DNA of 64,000 bases, from positions 6,370,626 through 6,434,625 of the forward strand of contig MU054220.1 of the NCBI GenBank assembly GCA_013239625.1, written 5' to 3'. The notes beneath the pieces are model-generated. The model was not told where the DNA came from and did no database searches. It worked only from the letters and a program-made list of their open reading frames with translations. The stretch comes from Lama guanicoe (lineage: Eukaryota). This document shows, one piece after another, positions 53,161 through 64,000 of the stretch. Position numbers and translations under genes: made by a program. Every line of letters starts with the position of its first letter. The first letter of the stretch is position 1.

Positions 53161-55448
53161 ACGGTATAGCAGAAATACTTCAGACCAGAATAAAACCCAC
53201 CACATCCTGGTTCTGGAAGGGGCTTAAAATGTGGAAAGGTCTTTGACATGATCCACTGCTACATTGCAGTGCTAGTCCAACATCTGTTTGCTGCAAAACC
53301 TTCCAAACTCTTGCTCTAGAGGTAATACACATAAAATGAGTGTTTTCATATGAAGAAATCTCTACAATAGTCAATATTTAAAGCATGTAAACTTTTGCCT
53401 CGCCCACACAGATTTTATAAAATGTATTTCCCTCCGCCTCCTTTTTCCTGATTGCTATTGTACAAATTGTCACATTGCAGGGAGGATTTGAAGGTCACTG
53501 CTCAAGTCTGAGGCCTGTGCAAAGTCCCTTCTCTTGGTGTGTGTCTACAAATGTTCTTTTGAGTTTAGGGAAAAGTAAGGGGAAATTTATTATAAGCCTC
53601 TGCAAAATTATATGAAAAAAATTTCTTCCAGTATTTGTCTTGATTACAAAACCATCTCTTTCTACAAAATTTATTTTCTCTATAGATGTTTCTTCTCATT
53701 ATCAGCTCTCTCTTGGCAAAATGTTACAACACTGAAATTTGCAGTTTAAATGTTTCATTTATATAGAGAGATTCAATATATCCCAATTTTAAATGGACAG
53801 AGCACAGAGATTCTTAGCATATCTTACGAGGTAAAATGGCTTGGTGATATGAGGGCAGAAGTAGAATATCTAAGGTCATATGTATATATGGTGTTGCTGC
53901 TGATTTCAGTTTTTATTTATCACCCCTGTGTGTGTCATATGAAACAGCAATCTATCCAATTCCAGTGTCTGAAGTCAGTTATCCCTCATATATTACACTT
54001 CTCTGTTTACTAGGTACTGAATCTAATCTGTTGACTTTTATTGCAAACTTAAATATTAGAAAATCTAAAAGACTTTAAATCATTTTTAACATGCTCACCC
54101 CTTGCCATTGCTATCTGTAGAGTTTTCCTTTCCTGTTGCATATGGACATATTTTGATGAAGGTAAATTATTTTAATTTTAGCTTTGATTTGCACTGAGAT
54201 AACAGAGGAAGGGTTTGGATCTTATTCTCTTTTCTGCTTGCTTAAGTTTTTTGCGAAGTTGTCGTTCAAGGTTTTTCCCTATCACTTGTCATTTAAGATA
54301 GCAGAGATACTTTGTTACTTGGTAGTGCCGGCCGTATTCTTCGGGATCCGGGGAAAACTAAGTTCAGAACTTCAGGGGCAGTGTCTTTCCATCGTCTCAG
54401 TCTGAGGTTAATAACGATACTCCTCTTTTCATTGAATTATTCTAAGTCCTTTGTACATTTTAAGCTCTCTCCGTAAACCTAGGTCTATGTTCATTGAAGA
54501 TTGAATATATCTACAGTGAAATAGTTTCCTCCAGGGAAAGAACCAAATTGGGTAGAATGAGGGGAGAAATAAAAAAATGTCTCATTAAGGTTATACTACT
54601 GCAGGCTAATGTAGACAGTTATATTATAGTTCATTTCTGGTTTCTGAATGTGTCCCAGGGGTTTTCCAGCTCTCTGGCCTAGAAATATGAATAAACTTGG
54701 AACTTGTGTTCATGAGTTTGCCTACATGTGAGCAGTACACCTTCAGGAGCAAGCATCGTGATCATCAGTGTATCCGGGAAGCATGAAAATTCTTGTATAT
54801 TTCCAGTGTGGCGCTCACCTGCTCTCCATGTTGTCTAGTCCCTGCTCACTCTCAGGAACTTGCTTAACTTATTGCTTATTCCTCTGGTTCCTCAAGTTGC
54901 TCATTGTTGTACCTCATCAGTACTTGTAATTATTTGTCCATAATTACATTAAAAATAAAACTCCTTTGAAGCACATACTGCATTGTGAAATGAATCCCTT
55001 TCTCCTTGTTCAGGAAATCTTATTTATCTGTTTGCTTATTTACTGCAAGTTTTAAGTGTATGGTTCATTGTCTCTCTTTCCACAGGGGCCCCTTTCACCA
55101 TTCTGAACAAATTCACAGACTATGTGGGAAAAACACCTACAACAGCATAGCTATACTGTTACTGTTTACCCAGCAGGGTGGTAGAGGAACTGTTAGTGCA
55201 TTTTGGTGACTAACTTTCTCGAGACGTGGTGAAATATCTGAAGTAGCTTCACTCGTGAAATCTAAATTATGAATATACGGTAAAGTTTGTATCCTCACAG
55301 TTGCCTTATCGTTTTATTCTTAATACGTCTAATCTTTAACTGCCATTTTTACACATTTGTTTGCCCAAACTTTCTTTCCAAATTGAATTCTGTTGTCCAT
55401 ACTTGCCTTCCTGAAAATACTCACTTCCATGGTTTCTGTGATGCCATT

Positions 55449-55835
55449 TGTATTATTAGTCTACTTGGACTGTCACAGCAAAATGCCACAGACTGCATGG
55501 ATGAAACAGTAGACATTTGTTTCCTCATTGTTTTGGAAGCTAAAAATCCAAGATCAAGGCATCCTCGGTGGTGGTTTCTTGTGAGACCACTCTTCCTGTC
55601 TTCTAGGTGGTCACCTGTTTGCATGGCCTCCTCTTTGTGTGTGTGTGGAGAGAGAAAGAGATCTCTGGTGTCTCCTTTGCTTATAAGGACACTCTATTGA
55701 ATTAAAGCCCCACCCTTATGACCTTGTTTAACCTTATTTACCTCCATAAAGGCCCTATCTCCAAATATGGTCACACTGGGGAATTAGTGCTTCAACATAC
55801 AGATTTTGAGGGGGAGCATAATGAAGTCTACGGCC
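55449..55835 (-). mobile_element. MaLR solo LTR (MLT1A0/B-like)
   Basis: 'tccaagatcaagg...cttataaggacact...aaaggccctatctccaaatatggtcacactgggg'. 5-bp TSD CCATT at 55444-55448 and 55836-55840. Confidence 0.9.
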
Positions 55836-56234
55836 CCATTCTTTATAGGTTCCAGTACAAATTTCTTAGCCTCCTGTGAAAGGTATACTTTATCATGCTT
55901 ACTTTACAGATAGGAGGATGGATTAACACAAAGACCATCATGTATGCAGGATGGATTAACACAGAGACTACATGCAAGCATTCTCTTCATCTGTGAGTAA
56001 GAAGAGATTACATGAATAGTGTCTTAACAAAATAAGGGGTTTGTTTTTCACGTGTGATAGGAATTCCAAAAATAAGACGGTCAGGCCTGATGTGCTGACT
56101 AGTGAAGTCATCAAGGACCGAGGCTCCTGCTTTTCTGCACAACCAGCATCACAGTGGTGTGGTGTTTATTGTCATGCTTGGCCCCGCATAGGACACAAGA
56201 TGCCTGTGCCGCTATTACACTCTCTACTTTATTT

Positions 56235-57998
56235 CTTCCTTTCTGACCTGCATGCCTTTTCTTTCTTTTTCTTGCTATATCGCACTGGCAAGGACTCCAA
56301 GTACTATGTGAGATCAGAGTAAACTTCCTTGTCTAATTCCCAATTTTAGGGGAAAAGCAATGCCTTTCATCAATATGTACATTAGCTATAGGTATTTTTA
56401 TATATTTTCTTTAACATGTTGAGAAAGTTCACCTCTATCCCTAGCTTTCTGAGGGTTTTGATCATGAAGAGGTATGGAATTCTGTCAAATATATTTTTCT
56501 GAATTTGTTGATATAATTGGGTGATTTTTCTTCTCTGGCCTGTTAATATGGTAGATCGCATTAATTGCTTTTTGAATATTAATCAGTCTTAAATCCTTTG
56601 AATATACCCCTTTTGGTTATGGTATGTAACTCTTTTTATATATTGCTGAGTTCTGTTAGTTAATCTTTTGTTAAGGATTTTTTGCAACTATATTAAACAG
56701 GGATATTGGTTCAATATTTTTTTTCCTTTTTCTTTTCCCAATTGTCTGTCAGATTTTTGTAGTAGGGTAATACTGGCCTCATAAAATAATGTTAGATGTA
56801 TTCTGCCCTCCACTGTTCTAGAGGATATTGTTCAGAATGAGTGGTAATTACTCTTTAGAATTTTGTTTGAATTTTCCATAATTACTGTCTGATCCTAGAT
56901 TTCTTTGTTAGGATTTTTAAGACTATGATTTAAATAGTTTTAGTAGTAACAGTTCAGTATTTCATGACTGGTGATCTGTGGTGGATTGCACTTTTGACGT
57001 ATTGGTCCATTTTGCCTAAGCGATCAAATACTTATGTGTTCAAAGTTGTTCAAAGTATTGTCTCAGGATCCCTGTAAGGTCTATATGGTCTGCAGTGATA
57101 GTCACTGTTTTATTGCTTACATTGCCGACTTGTGTCTTCTCTCTTTTTATTTTTTAGTTTTATTAAAGTTTTGCCAATTTTATTGATCTTTTTACATAAA
57201 ATAACTAGTTTTCTGTTTCATTGATGTTCTCTATTATTTTCCTGTTTTTAAATTCATTGATTTATGTTCTTTCCTTTATTCAGTTCTATTTTCTGCTTGC
57301 TTTGATTCCTTTCTCTCTCTCTCTCTTTTTCCTCCCCTAGTTTCTTAAGGTGGGAAACTACATTACTGATTTACTTTTTATCTTTTTTCTAATGTATTTA
57401 CTGCTATAATTTTTTCCTCTCAGCACTGCTTTAACTGTGTTCCATGCATTTTGATATATTGGATTTTCATTATCATTAAGTTAGATATATTTTTGGATTC
57501 CCTTGAGGCTCGTCTTTGCCACTTATATCGTTTAGAAGTGTGTTGTATAATTTCCAAGTATTTGGAGATTTTCCTGTTATCTTTGTTTTATTGATTTTTA
57601 GTTTGATTCCACTGTGATTAGAGAGCATACTATATATGATTTCAATTTTTTAAAATTGTGTAAGTTTATTTTATTGTCTAGGATATTGTCTTTCTTGGTA
57701 AATGGTCCATGTGAACTTTAAAAATAGACATATTCTGCTGTTGTTGAGTAGAGAGTAATATAAATATTGATTAGATTTGTCCATGAATCATACTGTCAAA
57801 TTCTTCTATATTGTTTCTGATTTTATATCTAGTTGTTCTATCATTGGTGAGAAATAGATTTTGAAATATTCCAGCTATAATATTGTATTTGTCTATCTCC
57901 TACCTGTCCTCTTATCTGAAATTTTGCTTCACATATTTCAGAACTCTGTTGTTTGATGCATGCATATTTAAGATTCCTATGTCTTCTTGGTAAATTGC
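56235..57998 (-). mobile_element. Old L1M ORF2 fragment (EN-to-RT region), decayed
   Basis: Antisense L1 motifs ('tcccaattttaggggaaaagc', 'tagggtaatactggcctcataaaat', 'tattctgctgttgttgagtagagag') with many stops and indels. Confidence 0.8.
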
Positions 57999-58639
57999 AA
58001 ATTCTTTTAGTTTCAGTTTGCTCCTCACTGATCAGTGTCTAATGGTAGTGCTATCAAATGGGGGGAATCAATATAATCAATAATTAAATGATATCTTTAT
58101 TTCTCTTAAGAGAAGCAGTTAATTTTTTGCCATTTATTTCCCCATCTGGAAATACAGCACTTTTTTAAAATCAATTTATTGGGAATACAAAAATACATAT
58201 AAAAATATTAGTGAATGCCCTTTTGTCACAACTAAGTTCAAAAGAAGATTAGTTTTAAAAAAAATAAAAAGATCCTCTACTTGAACCACAAAGCTCTTTG
58301 GGGATCTGAGGTGTTATAACACAGGGGCAGTATTTTCACTGTAATATTCTAATCGAATGCAGCTGGAGTTGCAAACTCAAATTCATGCCAAGCTCAGTAT
58401 TTATCAGAAATAAGTGAAGTTGGTCATATGTATAAATAAATGAATGAATGAATGGATTATTAAATGAAAACAATGATGTAAGAGCATTATAGATGATAAT
58501 TGACATTCAGCCTCCATTATTTTTAGCGTACAGTAATGAGTTTAGAGTGTTGTGGTGATGATTAGAATGGAAACAGAGGCTATTCAACTCAACTACTGTA
58601 CTTTAATGCCATGAGACAGAGAATGTAGGTCCAGAATGC

Positions 58640-59155
58640 TAAGTAGAATTCTTAAATGCTCCACACAGTTCCCATCCCTTGGTATTCATGTCCTGTATAT
58701 TCTAGAATGTGGACAGGATCTTTGGCTTATGATGGATTTCACCCTGTGGAGATGATGTTATAAGACAAAGATGAAGAGAGTTTGCAAATGCAATTAAGGT
58801 CCCTAATCAGTTGACTTTGAGTTAATAAAAATGGAGACTATCCTGAGTCTGCTTGACCGAATCAAGTGAGCTCTTTAACATCAGGTTCAAACCCTCCCTC
58901 TAGAGATTCAAAGCAGTAGAGACACTTGAAGCAAGCCACCATGAATTCTGTAGCCACAAGTTGATGAAATCTCCCAACAGTAGTGTAACCTTAGAAGAGG
59001 ACCCTGAGCCTTAGGTAAGACCCTTGGTCTAGCTGACACTGATTTCAGCCTTGAAACCTGCCCCTTAAAAAAGAACCTATGTAAGTTATGCCCAGACTTC
59101 TGACATACAGAATTTATTGAATTATAAATGGATATTGTTCAGTCACTAGATTAAA
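58640..59155 (+). mobile_element. MaLR LTR (MLT1D/E-like)
   Basis: 'tttgcaaatgcaattaaggtccctaatcagttgactttgagttaat', 'gctgacactgatttcagcctt', 'gcccagacttctgacatacagaa'. Confidence 0.75.
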
Positions 59156-62100
59156 GATAATGCTTTCCCTATTTATGGAAGTTCAACAATGTGTTAGAAT
59201 GAAGTATGCAACTACTTGTTTGATAATTGATGATATATTCTCAAGACAGGTGTTTTTTACAGTAATCCTGTTTCCTTCCCCTGTCTCCCTTCACTCACTC
59301 TCTGCTAACCTGATGACCCTTTTTGCCGAGTTCCCAGTGTTCTATCTCAGGAAGCTCATGCACTTTCTATTCTCAGTTCCTGAATCAGTTCTTATCAGCC
59401 AGGCAACCTGAGAACCTCATTCCTAACCTCTGTTATAGAGGTTCTAGAGGAGTAGTATATTTTTCACTCTTAGTTCATGGGAGTTTCTAAGCTAGAATCA
59501 TATCAGATGGTCTGACAATAAAGGTAAGCATGGAAATTACACATTGTCAAGCCTAGGTTATTATTTTCCATCCTTGAATCCAGTGTGTTTCCTTGAGAGA
59601 ACAATGGTAAGTTGTAGTTGTTTATTTGCCTAATTGTGCCTTCTCATAGTTTGTGATATCCACGTGGACAAGGAATGTGTCTCTTTTGTTCCACCAATAA
59701 CTAGAGCCTGGAAAAGAAGTTAGCACAGGGTAACTCAATACATATTTCTTGAATTAATAACCCAGCATTTAATGTGTCTGGGGTGCATCTTGAACCTCCC
59801 TCCTTTGTTGTGTTTCTCCCCTTGCAACAAAAAGGTTACTGAACAAGTACAAATCATAGCCTGAGGCTTAAGGTGTTTATAATTTAGTTGCAGTCAAGGG
59901 GAAGTCATTAAGTGTAATCATTCAAAAAAAAAATAAACAGTGATACATATAGCCCAGAGAATGAGTACAGAGAATCCAGAGAGTCAGAGGAAGGTATTAT
60001 TCATGTGGACTAAAGAAATCAGAGAAAGATTCAAAAACTAACAGAAGAAAAATGGACTCTAAGAATATTAAGCCAAGGTTTAGGAGGAAAGAAATATTTG
60101 GAGCCGAAGACATGATCTTATCAGTTGATTCACAAATAGTTTACAGTGGGAAAAACTTCTATTTCATCAGTGTATAAATTTATGCCTGCTTTCCAATTAT
60201 TATACTTGAAAATAGTTGTAGAAACCTAAACATCTAGTCACATTTTCATGAAAATAATGTTCTTTTGCAAAAGAAAGACTTCTAAGATCCTTATAGTTTC
60301 TATGCTTTAATCAATTTTCTGAACCCTTGGTTTTCATTTTTGAAGTTAAGTTCCCCCACGCCCCCACACAGATTTCTATTCTGTTTTGGTCTGACTTGAG
60401 GGTTCCATCCTTTCTAAAAACAGACATGACATGCTAAGTACCAGTTTGGTTTTCTTTGTTGTCTTTATGTATTAACCAGATCACTACCAATTTCTTTAAT
60501 GAGATTTAACAAGATCTATAGTCTTGGATTGTACTTATCAAGACCAATGATGCCTTTTATTAATGAAAATTGTTAAAAGGTTTTATTCCCTGTCGTTAAT
60601 TTAATTCTCATTTTGTTGTTTCTTTTGTTGATAGAACAAAGGAAAATTCATCAAAATATCAATTAATAATATATCCTGGTTCTACTAGTAATGTTCTTGG
60701 TATCTAGTGAATAAATTGCGTAAGTTTCATTTTACCTTGTGCTAATTCCTTTTACTCTCAGAGCTTGGGTATGGAGTTCCTAACTGGTGTTCCAGTTCCA
60801 CTAACTTTTTCTCAAAGAACAGGACCTTTTCCAAATTTTTAGAGCCATAACTCATACCAAGTCTTTTAAAGTATAACTATTAACTTGTCAATATGGAGAA
60901 GAGTAAGTGACAATTTCAATAGCAAAGTGGAATTAACTCACAGGGCCAAGATGGCAGCCGTCTTGTTTTAAAATTATAATAACCTAGTCAGTCCTTATTG
61001 GCACCAACCTTATTGGAACTTTTCACTTGAAGATGAAAAATATAACCCAGAGATTCCCTGAGAAGACTTCCTCATAAGCCTGTGCATTCCTTCTCCTTAG
61101 GTCTCTGTACTGGGTCAGTGTCAAGTGTTCATTTGTCTTATTTTCAAATATAAAAAAAAATACATCTCTATGTCCTTTGAAAAGTAGTATTATTTGCTAT
61201 TTCCTGGTGATTTGACTCAATTTCGAATATATTAGTTGAATCAAAACTATACCATGTACTGTTAAGGAGTAATAATTAGTTTTTTATTTGAAGAATAGAC
61301 TTTTATTAGAAGAAGCTCCTTAAAGTAAGAAAAATAGTGAGAAAGAAAACACTGGGTAGGAAAGAGTGAAGCAATGTGTGAATCTGTTCACAGGAAGGGA
61401 ATCCAACTCTCTCTTACAGCTGTGCCTTCAAAAGAGATTGACCGTGTGATGACTTTGCTATATGGAACCAACTGCATGATTTACTTCCTCTCTGCTAACA
61501 AACTATAAATATGCATGAGAATTTATCAGGAAAGTCAGGGATTAGTAACATGAGGAAACCTGTAGGTGACTCAGCCTTTCTCACTTGGGCACTATGTCTC
61601 TTATGGGGCATCCCCCTCCAACCTCCTCTCCACAGAGTATATTACTTCATTCTCTGGAGTTTGGGTGTGCTGTTACTTTCGCTCTTATCACATTATGTTC
61701 AGTATATGTGTTGCCCTGTCTGTGTTCCCTACTGAACTGTTAGCTCACTGAAGGCTAGGATAGAGTCTTATTAATTTTTATTATCAGTATTTTGCTTAGA
61801 ACCAGCCTCAACAGTAGATATTTAAAAATAAGCTATGCTTGCTGAAAGGTGACACTCTGATCTGTTTCCCATAGCCTGTGAATTTGTTTTTGTTTTTCCC
61901 TGTTTCATACACAAAGATATGTCCATGTGAATGGATGGATGGATGGAAGCCAAGATAGAATGAATCATGATGGGCTTCCAGTGTGATGTCTACATGCCAC
62001 ACATTGTGCCAGACATTTGATTCACACCAAATAATCAAGTTATTTTTCCTGGGGCCTCTTGCATTTTTTTCAACATAAACCCTGTAAGTATAAACCACCT

Positions 62101-63104
62101 TTTGGAAAAGAACACCCTCCCAATTCAGTGGAACTAAATGTCTCATTAGAATCCATATCCCCTGCCTTGGCCAGGAAATTACACTAACATAACTTACTTG
62201 CCCAGATATTCACAACTTTGTTTTTTAGTGCTATTTTCAGGTGTAATAGCAAATAAAGAATGAAGTATGTGAATTTCTGTTTCAAACAACATAGTGTTTG
62301 GGGGAAATCAACGGTTTTAATAAATTGTGACTAAGGATAGGTGTTCAAACTACACACATCCAAATTCCTTCCCCCAGGAATCCAGTCATAGACCCTGAGC
62401 TGACCTGAATGCTCTCTGTTTTACTGACAGATAGATTTTAAGAACGAGCAGAATTAAATACAGAATAAAAATGCAGCTGTCTGTGGGGAGGGCTGCTGGA
62501 GACACGTGCCTGGAGCAGAGAGGCTGGGGAATGAATTTTTCAATGTGGTTAATGAAGTGTGGTGTCAGCGGAAGTCAGGGGCAATTAACAACGGGGATAA
62601 TGGGATGAGCTTGGGTAAACTTGTCATCTCACACGTCCAAGTGACCAGCAGCACAGGTGAAAGGTGAAGTGCATACGTGTCATTCTTACCCTTCCGTAGG
62701 AAAGAAATATAATTGTAAAAGATTTGGCGACAGTCTATAAAGGAGCAGAAGGAGAGGAGCCTTTGGGACAACGAATATTTGTTACTTACATCTGTGTACT
62801 CATTTCCTATGTAGAATGCACTTTCACAGAACTGTCTCGATAGTTATGGCTGTCTCTTCTTTACATTGATTGTTTTACCATTATCGGGGTAATTTGAGTA
62901 TATTAGAGTAAACTTAGGAAGAACAGAACAAATAAAAATCCCTCTGGTTAAAGGTAATCATTGTTAATATTTTGGCATATTTTCTATCAGACAGTTTTTA
63001 TATGGTGTTGTATTATTAACAGTCATAATCCTATTGTATGTACAATTTTATCTGATTTTCCACCTGACATTTGATCAGTTTTCATGTTAGTAGGAAGGTA
63101 AGAA

Positions 63105-63320
63105 CTATAGCTGACTTTCGCTGTGCTTACTTTGCTCTGAGCACTGTGAGTGTTGGGATGTAATTATGACAACAACCTTAAGGGGCAGGTGCCATTATTA
63201 TCTTTATTTCACAAGGGAGGAAACTGAGGCACGGAGAGGATATCTTTCCTAATGTCACGTGGATGATAAATGCCAGAGCTGGCACTCAGAACCATGCAGT
63301 CTGGTTCCAGAACCTCCGGT
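63105..63320 (-). mobile_element. MIR SINE relic
   Basis: 'acaacaaccttaaggggcaggtgccattatt...tttcacaagggaggaaactgaggcacggagagg'. Confidence 0.8.
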
Positions 63321-63338
63321 CTCACTTTGTCATTAAAC

Positions 63339-63836
63339 CAGGGGTAGCAAACTTTTTCTGTAAGTATTTGAGGCTTGTGGGTCTTACAGACTATGTTACA
63401 GTTACTTCACTCTGCCGTTACAGCACAATGGCTTTAGACAAGATGTAGATGCATATATAAGTAAACGAGTGAGCATTTCTGTGCTTAGATAAATAAAATA
63501 AGCCACGAGGATATATTGTACAACATGGGAAATATAGCAAATATTTTATAATAATTATAAATGGAGTATAACCTTTAAAAATTGTGAACCGCTATATTGT
63601 ACACCTGTAACTTACACTGTACAGCACCTATGCTTCAATTAAAAAAAAATCCTAAGGGGCACTTAAATTTAAATTTTCTATAATTTTCATGGGTCACAAA
63701 ACAGTATTTTTAACATCTGCTTTTTCAACTATTAGAAATGAAAACTATTTTTAACTCAGTGGCAAAAAAATAAAAAAAAAAGCAAACAAACAAACAAACA
63801 AAAAACCGGGTTGCTGGCAGCAGTTTGTAGATGCTT
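63339..63836 (+). mobile_element. MER58B-like hAT-Charlie MITE interrupted by an L1 3' fragment
   Basis: 'caggggtagcaaactttttctgtaa...ctctgccgtt', resuming after the L1 as 'gcacttaaatttaaattttctataattttcatgggtcacaaaa...gcagtttgtaga'. Confidence 0.75.
63490..63650 (+). mobile_element. Short L1 3'-end insertion (L1MA-type) with A-tail
   Basis: 'gtacaacatgggaaatatagcaaatattttataataa...tattgtacacctgtaactt...cttcaattaaaaaaaaa'. Confidence 0.8.
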
Positions 63837-64000
63837 TTATTAGATTAATCGATACATTATTTACCACCTAGTAGCATCCCCAAATGATTAGATATTTAGG
63901 TTGTTTAAAACAAACATGAAATATTCGATTCAAAAAAAAGTTGACTAAGGTAAATGATACTATAATGAATATCTCTGTACATAACAATTTTTACTACTTT

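Noticed and set aside
59474..60725. Plus-strand AG...GTAAG exon-like segments near 59.5 kb and 60.7 kb
   Set aside because: All frames contain stops and there is no independent support.
1..64000. CRISPR arrays, operons or other prokaryotic-type systems
   Set aside because: The sequence is eutherian genomic DNA, with no regularly spaced repeat-spacer array and no dense gene organisation.

Overview
AT-rich mammalian genomic DNA that looks intronic or intergenic. It is probably from a camelid (alpaca, llama or camel), because it carries a tRNA-derived SINE of the camelid Vic-1 type at 31403-31554 and I saw no Alu, Bov-A/tA, PRE or CAN SINEs. I recognise no host protein-coding gene, rRNA, functional tRNA or CRISPR array. 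Much of the window is layered transposable elements: L1s of several ages, MaLR (MLT1) and ERV1-like solo LTRs, ancient MIR/L2 relics and DNA-transposon MITEs (MADE2, Tigger5/MER47, MER58B and others). The clearest signal is a young, 5'-truncated L1 at 1-1878 (minus strand). Its ORF2 is open for about 626 codons and runs off the window edge, so the ORF track does not list it. It has a YADD RT motif and small in-frame deletions relative to older L1 copies in the same window. More speculative observations are a set of phase-compatible minus-strand exon candidates ending in an 81-codon terminal-exon-like segment with a downstream AATAAA, and a GC/CpG-richer, AP-1-dense enhancer-like region at about 40.4-45.4 kb. 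I found no convincing previously undescribed biological system. Repeat family names come from recalled consensus sequences rather than a database search, and boundaries of old elements are approximate.
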